Positions 8,301-18,400 are shown, counted from the stretch's first letter. The stretch: 64,000 nt of DNA from Phycisphaerae bacterium (GCA_050115495.1 JASFQK010000017.1:32001-96000); one strand, 5' to 3'. The notes: a model not told the origin generated them from the letters alone. Program-made: numbers and translations.

Positions 8301-9026
8301 TCACCGCCGCGGTTGAAGCGCTGCGGTCAGTTGAGCGGCGCTGCGAAACGGCCGGCCGGCGAGGTGCGTGAGGTGGTAGTCCTGTAACGAGAACCAGGCG
8401 AGTGCGTCGCCGGTTCGCGGGGTGCCGTCGGCCATCCCCGCCGGCAGACGGCGCTTCTCGGTGTAGTGCATCTCGCAATCGCGGCAGAGCAACCCGCCGG
8501 CGGTCGAGCTGAAATACGCCGGCGCGCCGGGTCGGCGGTGACGGCGGCAGCCGACGCAATGCTCGAAGTTGGGCGCATACCCGAGCGCGGCGAGCAGATC
8601 ACTCTGAAAGACAGCCAGCACGCGCGCGGACTCGCCCTCCCCGGCCAGCCCGGCGAGAGCCTCGCACAGGGCGGCGAACAGCTCCGGATGTGGATCGTCC
8701 TGCTCGGTAAGGCCGGCGACGAGCTCCGCGGCGTACAGCCCGCCGTAGAGCCGTTCCGCCGCCCGCCGCAGGCCGAGGAAGGCGTCGCGCTGCACCCACT
8801 CGGTGAGGGTGCCCAGTTGGGCGTCGCCGCGGGCCGGGACGAAGCTGACCTCGCCGAGTTCGAGGACGTCGAGGCCGGCGGCGAAGCGTTTGGCGGTGCT
8901 GCGGCGGGCGCCCTTAGCGATGAGGCGGAGCAACCCATGCCGCGCCGAAAAGAGCGTGGCGATCTGCGACGTCTCCGAATACTCGGTGAGACGAAGGACG
9001 ACGGCCTGATCACTCTGCACGGGCAT
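8301..9026 (-). CDS. recO: DNA repair protein RecO
   Basis: AVVLRLTEYSETSQI, IAKGARR, LGYAP, CVGC...GGLLCRDC zinc finger. Confidence 0.93.
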   Translation of the reverse strand: MPVQSDQAVVLRLTEYSETSQIATLFSARHGLLRLIAKGARRSTAKRFAAGLDVLELGEVSFVPARGDAQLGTLTEWVQRDAFLGLRRAAERLYGGLYAAELVAGLTEQDDPHPELFAALCEALAGLAGEGESARVLAVFQSDLLAALGYAPNFEHCVGCRRHRRPGAPAYFSSTAGGLLCRDCEMHYTEKRRLPAGMADGTPRTGDALAWFSLQDYHLTHLAGRPFRSAAQLTAALQPRR

Positions 9027-9141
9027 ACTGGTCGAGGGTCCCTGGCCCCGAGTGCCTTGGTGGCGACAATCCGGATAGATACAATAGTCCGGCCGCCGGA
9101 CGATGGGGAGCGGGATCCGGCGTAAATGAGGGCAGGCAGCG

Positions 9142-9459
9142 ATGGACGCCCCCGATTTGCAGGAGTTCCTGGGCCGCCGCGTGGTTCTGGATACGCAGGG
9201 GCCGCTGTTATACATCGGGCGGCTAGTAGCCTGGGATCGGCGGGGCTACTGGCTCGAACAGGCCGACATGCACGACTGCCACGACGGGCACGCCTCGAAA
9301 GAGGAGTACGTGAGCGAGGCCCACAAGCTCGAACGGGAGGGATCACAGCACGTCAACCGTCGCCGGGTGTTCGTCGCCCGGCACGCCATCGTCAGCGTGT
9401 CCGCCCTGGATGACGTGGTCACCGACGGCACCGAGGAACAGGGAGCCTGGGTCCCATGA
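9142..9459 (+). CDS. small hypothetical protein, possible Sm/LSm-like fold
   Basis: LGRRVVLD..YIGRLVAWD..LEQAD pattern; ATGA overlap with the next gene; TACAAT at 9080. Confidence 0.6.
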   Translation: MDAPDLQEFLGRRVVLDTQGPLLYIGRLVAWDRRGYWLEQADMHDCHDGHASKEEYVSEAHKLEREGSQHVNRRRVFVARHAIVSVSALDDVVTDGTEEQGAWVP

Positions 9460-10487
9460 GACTGACCTACACGCGCCAGCGCATCCGCCCGCGCCACCGT
9501 TTCGCCACCTCACAGGGCGGGATCGACGAGAAGGAAACGCTCGTCGTCCGCCTCGAAAGCGAAGGCGTCGTCGGCTGGGGGGACGTCGTGCCCTCAGCCT
9601 TGTACGGCCAGTCGCTCGAATCCTCCGCGGCGGCGCTGAACGGCATGGCGGATCTGCTCGGCGACGATCCGTTCGCGGTCGAGACTATTCTGGGGCGACT
9701 GCTCGACGCCTTCGACGATCAGCGAGCGGCGATAGCCGGCATGGACAGTGCGCTGTACGACTGGATCGGGCGACGGCTGGGTCTGCCGGTCTGGCGTCTG
9801 CTCGGCCTCGATCGCCCGCGGAAGCGAACGACGTTCACGATCGGCGTGGCGGAGCTGTCGGAGATTCGCGTCAAGATCGACGAAGCCCTCGCCGCCGGCT
9901 ACGACGCGCTCAAGGTGAAGGTCGGCACGGACCACGACGACGAAACGCTGACGATGATCCGCGAGATCTTCGACGGGCCGCTGTTCGTGGATGCGAACCA
10001 GGCGTGGGCTCCGGACGAAGCCACCGAGCGCATCCGCGCTCTGGCTCGCTTCCGTCTGGCGCTGATCGAGCAACCGCTGCGCAAGGAGGACTGGCGCGAG
10101 ATGGCCGGCCTGCGCAAGCTGGGCGTGGCCCCCATCTTCGCTGACGAGAGTTGCGAGCGTCCGGCGGACGTGGTGCGTCTGCACGGCTGCGTCGACGGCG
10201 TTAACATCAAATTCACAAAGTGCGGCGGCATCCGCGAGGCCATGCGCATGATCACGCTGGCCCGCGGATTGGGCATGGGCGTGATGCTCGGCTGTTTCGT
10301 CTCGAGCAGCCTGGCGATCGCCCCCGCCCTGACGCTCGCCAGCCTCGTCGATCACGCCGATCTCGATGGCCACCTGCTGCTGGCGGACGATCCCTTCGAA
10401 GGTATCGGACGCGAGGGTTCGGTCGTCGAGCTCGGCGACCGGCCCGGCCTAGGCATCGAGCCGCGGCGTAACCGTGTCGCACCCTGA
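9456..10487 (+). CDS. L-Ala-D/L-Glu (dipeptide) epimerase, enolase superfamily
   Basis: KVKVG, DANQ, EQP, ADES, NIKFTKCGG and DLDG motifs. Confidence 0.9.
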   Translation: MRLTYTRQRIRPRHRFATSQGGIDEKETLVVRLESEGVVGWGDVVPSALYGQSLESSAAALNGMADLLGDDPFAVETILGRLLDAFDDQRAAIAGMDSALYDWIGRRLGLPVWRLLGLDRPRKRTTFTIGVAELSEIRVKIDEALAAGYDALKVKVGTDHDDETLTMIREIFDGPLFVDANQAWAPDEATERIRALARFRLALIEQPLRKEDWREMAGLRKLGVAPIFADESCERPADVVRLHGCVDGVNIKFTKCGGIREAMRMITLARGLGMGVMLGCFVSSSLAIAPALTLASLVDHADLDGHLLLADDPFEGIGREGSVVELGDRPGLGIEPRRNRVAP

Positions 10488-10548
10488 GGCGGTGGCTCCT
10501 CCCACCGAACCTTGGTACGCCACCAACGCCCAGCTACAATTACCTGTG

Positions 10549-11766
10549 ATGGACAACACTGACGCCGAAATGCGGATCACCACCGCCGTCGCCACGACGG
10601 TGCAAGCTGAGTCCCTGGTGGACCACCTGGTGGACCAGGTGCGCGCCGGTCTGGCCGGCCAATCGGTCGACCTGTGCCTGGTCTTCGCCAGCGCGGATTT
10701 TCAGGAACGGCTCGACGAGCTAGCCCTCGAACTGCACGAGCGGCTGGCCCCCCATACGTTCGCCGGCACGAGCGCCGAAACAGTCATCGCCGGCGGGCAC
10801 GAATACGAAGGTCAACCGGCGCTGGCGGTGTGGGCGGCGCACATGCCCGGTGTGCACGCGCAAGCGTTTCACCTGGCGGTTGGAGACCTGCCCAACGTCG
10901 CTGCCCGCGACGAATTGCTGGAGCTGGTTGGCGCGCCGCTCGGCGGCAACCCGTCGTTCCTGCTCTTCGCCGATCCGTTCAGCTTCAACCCGCCGCACCT
11001 GCTGAACCTGCTGGAACGCTTGCAGGAACTCTACCCGGGTCGGCCGGTGCTGGGCGGGCTGGCCTCCGCCGCCAAGGAGCCGGGGCAGAACCGCCTGTTG
11101 TTCGAGGGGCAAACGCTGCGTCACGGGCTGGTCGGCGTCGCCTTGTGGGGTAACCTGCGGGTCGACACCGTCGTCTCGCAGGGCTGCCGCCCGATCGGCC
11201 GGCACATGGTCATCACGCGTGCCGATCAGAACATCATCTACGAGCTCGGTGGCCGATCGCCGCTCGAAGTGATCAAGCACCTGCTCATCGACAGCGAGCC
11301 GCGCGATCGGCGGCTGCTGCGCGAGCGCGGCCTGCTGGTCGGCTGCGTCATCAACGAGTATCAGAAGGAGTTCGGCCAGGGCGATTTTCTGATTCGCAGC
11401 CTCATCGGCATCGACGAGAAGTCGGGGGCGATGGCAGTGAGCGACCTGATTCGCACGGGGCAGACGGTCCAGTTCCACGTTCGCGACGGTGACTCCGCCG
11501 CCGAGGATCTGGCCGCCATGCTCACGCCGATGCGCGAGGCACGGGCCGCCGGGGCGCTGCTGTTCACCTGCAACGGTCGCGGCACGCAGCTTTTCGAGGA
11601 TCGGCACCACGATGCCCTGGCCGTGCAACGGGCGGGTGGGAACGCTCCGGTCGCCGGCTTCTTCTGTGCCGGCGAGATCGGTCCGGTCGGTACGCACAAT
11701 TTCCTCCACGGCCACACGGCCAGCATCGGTTTCTTCCGTGCGGCCGAATCGAGATCCGATGGCTGA
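10549..11766 (+). CDS. FIST N/C domain signal transduction protein
   Basis: LFADPF, VLGGLAS, VSQGCRPIG, GQTVQFHVRD, LFTCNGRG, GFFCAGEIGP. Confidence 0.9.
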   Translation: MDNTDAEMRITTAVATTVQAESLVDHLVDQVRAGLAGQSVDLCLVFASADFQERLDELALELHERLAPHTFAGTSAETVIAGGHEYEGQPALAVWAAHMPGVHAQAFHLAVGDLPNVAARDELLELVGAPLGGNPSFLLFADPFSFNPPHLLNLLERLQELYPGRPVLGGLASAAKEPGQNRLLFEGQTLRHGLVGVALWGNLRVDTVVSQGCRPIGRHMVITRADQNIIYELGGRSPLEVIKHLLIDSEPRDRRLLRERGLLVGCVINEYQKEFGQGDFLIRSLIGIDEKSGAMAVSDLIRTGQTVQFHVRDGDSAAEDLAAMLTPMREARAAGALLFTCNGRGTQLFEDRHHDALAVQRAGGNAPVAGFFCAGEIGPVGTHNFLHGHTASIGFFRAAESRSDG

Positions 11767-12178
11767 ACCCGGCGGGCAAGCGGGACGACGGCGACTGACT
11801 CGTGACCTGCGCGTGCGGCGGCGCCGGGACTTCGAGCGTGTCTTCGCCGTGGCCGTGCGCTTCGGCGACAGCCGGCTGACGGTGTGGGGTCTGGCCAACG
11901 AGACCGGGTATACGCGGCTGGGGCTGGTGGTCGGCCGCCGACATGGCAACGCCGTCCGCCGCAACCGCCTGAAACGCGTGCTGCGCGAGGCGTTCCGGCT
12001 GTCGCGGCCGGAGCTGCCGGTCGGATTGGACTTGGTGTGCAGCCCGCGCGTCGGGGCGGACCTGAGGCTGGAGAGCTGCCGCCGATCGCTCGCCCATCTG
12101 GCCGAGCGCATCGCGCAACGTATTCATACGAAACCTGAACGGACCAGGCGAGGGACGGGCGCAGATGGCAATGCGTGA
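11759..12178 (+). CDS. rnpA: ribonuclease P protein component
   Basis: RxxRRRDF, RLGLVVGRRHGNAVRRNRLKRVLREAFR (RNR motif). Confidence 0.92.
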   Translation: MAEPGGQAGRRRLTRDLRVRRRRDFERVFAVAVRFGDSRLTVWGLANETGYTRLGLVVGRRHGNAVRRNRLKRVLREAFRLSRPELPVGLDLVCSPRVGADLRLESCRRSLAHLAERIAQRIHTKPERTRRGTGADGNA

Positions 12179-13370
12179 GGGAAGACCCATCCTGGTTCTG
12201 ACGGCGTCCACCGGCGCCGGGCACAACACGGCCGCCCGGGCCATCGAGGCCGCGCTGCACGCCGCGGTGCCGGACCAGATCGTCGAGTATCACGATGTGC
12301 TTGAATCCGCCGGCCGCTGTTTCCGCGGCTTCTACGGCGGCGGCTACCGGGCCCTGGTACGCCACCTGCCGTGTGCGATGGGCTGGCTTTACGAACGGGC
12401 GGATCAGCCCAACCGCCCGCTCGAAACGCGCGTGCACAAGGCGGTCCAGACCGCGCTCACCGGCGGCATCGCCCGCTACATCGAGCAACGCCGACCGCGT
12501 CTGGTGATCAACACGCACTACTTGCCGGGAGACATCGTGGCCCGGCTGCGGCTGCTCGGCCGGCTCGACTGCCCTCAGGTCGTCGTCACGACCGATTTCG
12601 AGACGCATCGCATCTGGGTCAACGCCTGCACCGAGCGCTACTACACCGCCACCGCGATGGGCCGCGAGTACCTGCGGCAATGCGGCGCACCGGGCGAGCG
12701 CGTGCTCGTCACGGGCATCCCCGTGCGGCCCGGGTTCGAGCAGCCACCCGAACGCGACGCGCTCCGCGCCCGGCTCGGGCTCGATGGCGAGGGGCCGGTG
12801 GTGCTCCTGTTGGCCGGCGGCGTGGGCTACAGCCGCCCGGAGCGCCTGGTCGAAGAGCTGATCCACATGCCGGCCGACGCCCAGATCGCCGTCGTCGCCG
12901 GGAAAAACGAGCGTTTGCAGCGCCGGTGCGAGGATCTCGCCCGCCGGACGCCGCGGCGCGTCGTTGTCAGCGGCTATACAGACCGCGTCTTCGAGTGGAT
13001 GCACGCGGCGGACCTGATGGTGAGCAAGCCCGGCGGGCTGACGACGTCCGAGGCGCTGGTCTGCGGATTGCCGCTCGTGCTGGTCGATCCGATCCCCGGG
13101 CAGGAAACACGTAACGCCGACTACCTGCTCGAACACGGCGCAGCCATCAAGGTGAACGACCCGCGTCTGCTCGGCCACCGCGTGAGCCAGCTCCTGACCA
13201 CGCCGACGCAGCTCGAACGGCGACGGGTGGCCGCCCGTACGCTGGCCCGGCCCGGCGCGGCGGGACGCATCGTGGCCGACGCCCTGTCGCTCCTGCCCGA
13301 CAGCCCCGCCGCCCCTGCGCCGGCGGCCGACCCCGGCCCGCCGTCGACAGCCCGCGTCCCCAGCGTCTAG
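12165..13370 (+). CDS. MGDG synthase/UgtP-like diacylglycerol glycosyltransferase (GT28)
   Basis: STGAGHNTAA, VTTDF..H..W, TGIPVR, SKPGGLTTSEAL, PIPGQE..NA. Confidence 0.85.
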   Translation: MAMREGRPILVLTASTGAGHNTAARAIEAALHAAVPDQIVEYHDVLESAGRCFRGFYGGGYRALVRHLPCAMGWLYERADQPNRPLETRVHKAVQTALTGGIARYIEQRRPRLVINTHYLPGDIVARLRLLGRLDCPQVVVTTDFETHRIWVNACTERYYTATAMGREYLRQCGAPGERVLVTGIPVRPGFEQPPERDALRARLGLDGEGPVVLLLAGGVGYSRPERLVEELIHMPADAQIAVVAGKNERLQRRCEDLARRTPRRVVVSGYTDRVFEWMHAADLMVSKPGGLTTSEALVCGLPLVLVDPIPGQETRNADYLLEHGAAIKVNDPRLLGHRVSQLLTTPTQLERRRVAARTLARPGAAGRIVADALSLLPDSPAAPAPAADPGPPSTARVPSV

Positions 13371-13463
13371 AATCGACCTGCCGGCTTCTCCCGGCGTGCC
13401 GAACGCCGGCCCGCGCCTACAATCGGGCTATAGCCGAAGCGAGCCGCCCCTGGAGCAACGACC

Positions 13464-14207
13464 GTGCGTTATCTGGTCGCCATACCCGTTTACAACGAGG
13501 AGCGTTATCTGCCGCGTGTGCTGGCGGCTGTGATGCGCCTCACACGCGACGTCCTGGTCGTCGACGACGGCTCGACGGACGCCACCCCCGCCCTGCTTGC
13601 CGAGTACCCAGCCATTCACCGGCTGCGGCACCTGGAGAACCGCGGCTACGGCCAGAGCCTGATCCACGCGTTCCGCTTCGCCGCCCGCAGCGGTTTCGAC
13701 TGGGTCATCACGATGGACTGCGACGAGCAGCACGAGCCCGCCCAGATCGGCGAGTTCGTGGCTCATATCCGCGACAACCGGGCCGACGTCATCAGCGGCT
13801 CGCGCTACCTGCGTGAATACCCGAACGATGACACCGCCCCGCCCGAACGCCGCCGGATCAACCAGACGGTCAATATCGTCCTCGCCCAGACGCTGGGCCT
13901 GCACCTGACCGACTCGTTTTGCGGGTTCAAGGCCCACCGCGTGGCGGCGATGCAGCGTCTCACGCTCGACGAGCCGGGTTATGCCTTCCCGATGCAATTC
14001 TGGGTCCAGTGTGTCCGGGCCGGCCTGCGTATCCAGGAGATCCCCGTCCGGCGAATCTACCGCGATACGAACCGGGAGTTCGGCGGGACACTGGACGATC
14101 CGACGGCGCGACTGCAACATTACCTGGAAGTGTTGACCCGCGAGCTCCAACGCGAGCCGCTGTTCGTCGTGCCCCACGATACGTGCACAGGATGTCATTG
14201 CCCCTAA
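13464..14207 (+). CDS. GT2 glycosyltransferase (DPM1-like)
   Basis: IPVYNEE, VVDDGSTD, NRGYG, MDCDEQH, SGSRY, TDSFCGFKA. Confidence 0.9.
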   Translation: MRYLVAIPVYNEERYLPRVLAAVMRLTRDVLVVDDGSTDATPALLAEYPAIHRLRHLENRGYGQSLIHAFRFAARSGFDWVITMDCDEQHEPAQIGEFVAHIRDNRADVISGSRYLREYPNDDTAPPERRRINQTVNIVLAQTLGLHLTDSFCGFKAHRVAAMQRLTLDEPGYAFPMQFWVQCVRAGLRIQEIPVRRIYRDTNREFGGTLDDPTARLQHYLEVLTRELQREPLFVVPHDTCTGCHCP

Positions 14208-15763
14208 TCCCCCGGGTCCGCTACGAGAACCTGGTGACTCCGACGGAGCACCTGGGCGTTCTGGTTGAGCCCGAGCCGGTGGCGTGGCGCGCCCAACTGA
14301 CGGCGGGCCCGGCGCGCGATCTGGCGGCGGTGACGATTCTCGGACGGCCGCTGGAGGCGTGGCGGCGAACGCTGCGCGAGCGGTTGGGGCTCAACTCGCC
14401 GGTCGTCGCCGCCGGCCACCAGGCGGAGTTCAGCCACGCCGGCGTGTTCGCCAAGACGATCGCCCTGCACGCGCTGGCTAGCGCGACGGGTGCCGCGGGC
14501 GTCTTCTTCACCGCCGATCACGACCTGCCCAAGGGCGAGCGGCTGATCGTCCCCGAGATCGCCGCCGGTGGGCTACGACAGACCGAGGTGCCGATTCCCG
14601 GGCATGACGCGCAACGGCCGATCGAGCGCCAAGCCGCCGTGCCTCGCGGGCGATGGCTCGATTTCTTCACGCGCGTGGCGTCGGTGTACGAGCATTACGA
14701 CGTGTCGCTGCTGCGGCCGTTCGCCGACGCGTGGCTGGCAGGTGATGAGGCGGAGATCACGTTTCGCGACGGAGCGCGGCGCGGCTGGACGGCCGTCGAG
14801 CAGGCCCTCGACCTGACCGGGTTGCACCACGTGAACCTGTCGGCGCTGTGTGCCACGCCGGAGTTTCGGGCGTTTGCCGCGCATCTCATCCTGCACGCCG
14901 CCCGCTCGGCCCATGCGTACAACGCGGCGCAGACGGCGTATCGCGTGCGGCACCGCGTGCGAAGCCGGAACCGTCCGGTGCCGCCACTGGTCACATCGCC
15001 CGAGCGCACCGAGGTGCCACTCTGGCTCGTGCTGCCGGACGGCCGGCGCGAGCGATTGCAGGTCGTCATGCGCGGCGACCGGGTGATTCTCTGCGCCGGG
15101 GTCGAGCCGGTGGCCGAGATTCGGCGGCTGGATCTCGCTGACCCGGCGGCACTTGAGCAGGCCTGGCCGTTCGAGCGTGATGGCTGGGACGTGCGGCCGC
15201 GGGCGCTCGCTCTGTCGGCGCTGGTCCGCCTGCTACTCGCCGATTTCTACATTCACGGCATCGGCGGGGCGAAATACGACGAGATCACCGAGGAATGGCT
15301 GACCAGCCTGTTCGGCGCGCCGCCGGCGCCGATCGGGTGCGTGACGGCTACGGCGTTTCTGCCGCTGCCGCGCACGGGCGTGCGGTGGGCCGATGTGCTG
15401 GCCGCTCGGCATGCCGCCCGCGACCTCATCTTCAATCCGCAACGCCACCTGCCCGACGTCCCGGCCGGACTGTTACGCCGCCGGAGCGAGTCCGTGCGGC
15501 GATCCGACGAACTGCGGGCGGCCCGGTCGCGTAACCGGCAAGAGCGGCGGCTCATGTTTGAGGCGATTCGGCTGGTCAGTGCCGAGATTCTCTCGACCGA
15601 TCCGTGGCGGGCGGCGGAGCTGGAGCAGAACGTGCGGACGCTCGAACAGCGGTACAACCTGGACCGCATCGCGTTTGATCGCGAGTACTTCGCCGCGCTG
15701 CACCTCCGCTCGACGCTGCGCGACCTGGTGCAGCGCGTGCGGACGGCGCTCGAACTCGGCTGA
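14192..15763 (+). CDS. BshC-like (HUP-fold) putative ligase
   Basis: VVAAGHQ..K..FFTADHD and IHGIGGAKY resemble the BshC GxQ/K/DHD and GxGxxxY motifs; C-terminal coiled coil; overlaps the GT2 stop. Confidence 0.55.
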   Translation: MSLPLIPRVRYENLVTPTEHLGVLVEPEPVAWRAQLTAGPARDLAAVTILGRPLEAWRRTLRERLGLNSPVVAAGHQAEFSHAGVFAKTIALHALASATGAAGVFFTADHDLPKGERLIVPEIAAGGLRQTEVPIPGHDAQRPIERQAAVPRGRWLDFFTRVASVYEHYDVSLLRPFADAWLAGDEAEITFRDGARRGWTAVEQALDLTGLHHVNLSALCATPEFRAFAAHLILHAARSAHAYNAAQTAYRVRHRVRSRNRPVPPLVTSPERTEVPLWLVLPDGRRERLQVVMRGDRVILCAGVEPVAEIRRLDLADPAALEQAWPFERDGWDVRPRALALSALVRLLLADFYIHGIGGAKYDEITEEWLTSLFGAPPAPIGCVTATAFLPLPRTGVRWADVLAARHAARDLIFNPQRHLPDVPAGLLRRRSESVRRSDELRAARSRNRQERRLMFEAIRLVSAEILSTDPWRAAELEQNVRTLEQRYNLDRIAFDREYFAALHLRSTLRDLVQRVRTALELG

Positions 15764-18400
15764 GCCGGGCGTCTCAGGGGCGGCCAGCATTGTCTCGATC
15801 GTGATTTCCCCCGTGGGCTGAATAGTGACACTGACGGCGCCCGCATCGTGCGTGTTCAGCACGCGCGGGCGGTCGCCGAGCACCTCGCGGACGACGGCTT
15901 CGAACGCCGGCCGGGGCGTCGCCGACGAAACGATGATCACTTCGGGATCGACCACGGCGAGAAACACGGCCGTTTCTTTGCCGGCGACACTGCCGTGGTG
16001 CGGAGCGATGAGCACGTCGGCACTGAGCCGCACGCGGCCGGCAGCCTCCGCGCTGAGCAACCCCTGTATCGCCGCCTCTTCCACGTCACCCGGCAGCATA
16101 ATCGTCCGCCCGCCGGCGTGGACGCGCAACACCAGGCTGCGATCGTTCGCTGACCACGTTTGCGGGTCGAGGTCGGCCGGCGGCCACAGCACCTCGATTG
16201 GAAGCGGTCCGAGCGTACGCTGCTGGCCGGCGAAGACCTCGACGCGCGGTGGTGTCTGCGGCGGCAACAGACTCGTGAACTTCGCCGTGTCCTTGGCCGC
16301 AGCGGCCTCCGCGAAGTGCGGGCTGTGGCAGAGCTGCTCCGTTGGGACGTTCTTCAGCAACGACGGCACGCCACTGTAGTGGTCGAAGTTCGCGTGCGAG
16401 ATGTACACGTCCTGCAAACGCTGGTAGCCCAGCACGCGCATCGCCCGGACCACGGTCTCGCCCGCGTCGGTGTTGTGGATGCTGCCGGCGTCGCAGACGG
16501 ACGCGCTGCCGTTCGGGGCGGTCACCAGCACCGCGTTACCGTTGCCAACACTGAACACGTGCACGTGGCTCGTACCGAGTGCTGGCTCCACGGGTTCGAA
16601 CGACGGAGCCAGCAGCAGCGCGTACAGCGCCACCGCCGTCAGTCCGCCGAGCCAGCGATAGCGCGCCGTGCCGCCCGTGAACGGCGAGGCGGATTCGGTC
16701 CGCTCCGGACGCCGGCGCAGAAGCCAGGCCAGCGGCAACAGCACGCCATAGGCGGCGAACACGGACCACGCCGGCGGTGGCGTGACTTCGCAGACGGCGC
16801 CCGGCCACTGCTGGAACCACTTCGCCACCGTCAGCAGCCAATCGCTCAGCACGTGCGGGGGCGCCGTCAGCCACGCCGAATCGGTCGAGAGCCAGGAACC
16901 CGACCCTGCCGCCGTCCCCACCGTCCACAGCAGCGATCGCACAAGCATCGTCACGAAACTGAGGCAAATCAACATCGCCGCCGGGATGGTGAGCAGGGTC
17001 GTACCCACAATCCCCCACATCGAGCAACGCCCGAAGTGCAGCAGCACCAGCGGCAGACTGCTGCACCAAGCCACGACGCAAACGATAAACAGCCCGACGA
17101 AGAAGCGGTGTAGCCGATGCAGTATGAATCCGCGGATCGTCTCCGGCTCGCGCGGCGGATCGCCGGCGTCCAGCCCTCGCCGCCAGCTCAGCACCAACCG
17201 GCACACCGGCCCGGCCAGGACGAGCAGGGCCAGTACCTGCACGAACGAGAGCTGAAATCCCGGCCGAAACAGCTCACGCGGGTTGTAGATCAGAATGCAC
17301 ATCGCCGCGAGCGCCAGCCAGTTCACGACACAGAACGGCCGTCGCCCCACGAGCGCCAGCGCCGCGATGACCGCCCCCACCGTCGCCCGCAACACGGGCG
17401 CGTTCGGCTCGGCGATGAGGGCGTACAGCAGGATCACCGGCAGCGTCGCCAACGTCGCGGACCTGCGGCCCACTCTCAGCACCCAGTGTGCGAACAACCA
17501 CACCGCCCCGGCCAGCACGGCGACGTGAAAGCCGCTGACCGCCAGGAAGTGCATCCCCCCAGCCGCCAGGAACGCCTCGTTGACGTCGGCGCCGGCGGCG
17601 CCGCGTTGGCCAAGGACCATCGTGTCCAGCAGACGATCCGCCGCTTCGACATCCAGTTCGGCACCCGGTTCGAGCAACATCGCGCCGGCGGCCAGTCGCA
17701 GGTTTTGGATCGCACGCGTGACACTCCAACCATCGGCGTCGTCTGTCGCCGGCAGCGCGCGGACGTAGGGCGCACCCTCAACGCTCAGGCCGGCGTCGAT
17801 GCCCTGAAGCGTGCTCGTTCGGGCCCAATCCGTTTCGCCGGGATTCCGCGGATCGGTCGGCCGGTGCAGCTTGCCCGTCAACTCGACGCGGTCGCCGACG
17901 TGCAGGCCCAGCCCGACAGCGTCCACGCGAACCCGGACGCGCCCGGTGATCGGCCGCGATGCTTCGCCCATCCGCAACTCCCGCAAGTTCACGACGAAGC
18001 GGGTCGTCGGTGGCGGCGTGAAGGGCAGGAATCCGTTCCGGATTTCGGGCGGAGCGGCGTGCGGCCGGGTAAGGACCTCGCCGACGACGCGGGTCAGAAC
18101 CGGCTCGTCGCCCAGCATGCGCGTTACATGGTTCGGCGAAATGGAGAAGATCGCCTGTTGGCGTGCGAAGCCAACAGCCGCCGCCATCAGACACAGAATC
18201 GGCAACACAACCAGCGGCCGGCGTCGAGCGGCTCCGACAGCGACGAGCACAACCAGACCGGCCGGCGGCACGAGCAGACCCACCCAGCGCCACGGACCCG
18301 CCACCGGACCGAGCGTATCCCCCAGCCACACCCCCACCATGAGCGCCACCGCCGGCCAGAGGAGTGGTGTCGGCCGACCCGGCGTCGGCTGCTCACGCAT
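15473..18400 (-). CDS. comEC: ComEC/Rec2 DNA internalization competence protein (C-terminus probably over-extended)
   Basis: PRNPGE, HFLAVSGFHV, FQLSF, multiple TM helices, MBL domain SHANFDH, NDRSLVL, PHHGS. Confidence 0.92.
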   Translation of the reverse strand: MREQPTPGRPTPLLWPAVALMVGVWLGDTLGPVAGPWRWVGLLVPPAGLVVLVAVGAARRRPLVVLPILCLMAAAVGFARQQAIFSISPNHVTRMLGDEPVLTRVVGEVLTRPHAAPPEIRNGFLPFTPPPTTRFVVNLRELRMGEASRPITGRVRVRVDAVGLGLHVGDRVELTGKLHRPTDPRNPGETDWARTSTLQGIDAGLSVEGAPYVRALPATDDADGWSVTRAIQNLRLAAGAMLLEPGAELDVEAADRLLDTMVLGQRGAAGADVNEAFLAAGGMHFLAVSGFHVAVLAGAVWLFAHWVLRVGRRSATLATLPVILLYALIAEPNAPVLRATVGAVIAALALVGRRPFCVVNWLALAAMCILIYNPRELFRPGFQLSFVQVLALLVLAGPVCRLVLSWRRGLDAGDPPREPETIRGFILHRLHRFFVGLFIVCVVAWCSSLPLVLLHFGRCSMWGIVGTTLLTIPAAMLICLSFVTMLVRSLLWTVGTAAGSGSWLSTDSAWLTAPPHVLSDWLLTVAKWFQQWPGAVCEVTPPPAWSVFAAYGVLLPLAWLLRRRPERTESASPFTGGTARYRWLGGLTAVALYALLLAPSFEPVEPALGTSHVHVFSVGNGNAVLVTAPNGSASVCDAGSIHNTDAGETVVRAMRVLGYQRLQDVYISHANFDHYSGVPSLLKNVPTEQLCHSPHFAEAAAAKDTAKFTSLLPPQTPPRVEVFAGQQRTLGPLPIEVLWPPADLDPQTWSANDRSLVLRVHAGGRTIMLPGDVEEAAIQGLLSAEAAGRVRLSADVLIAPHHGSVAGKETAVFLAVVDPEVIIVSSATPRPAFEAVVREVLGDRPRVLNTHDAGAVSVTIQPTGEITIETMLAAPETPGSAEFERRPHALHQVAQRRAEVQRGEVLAIKRDAVQVVPLFERPHVLLQLRRPPRIGRENLGTDQPNRLKHEPPLLPVTRPGRPQFVGSPHGLAPAA

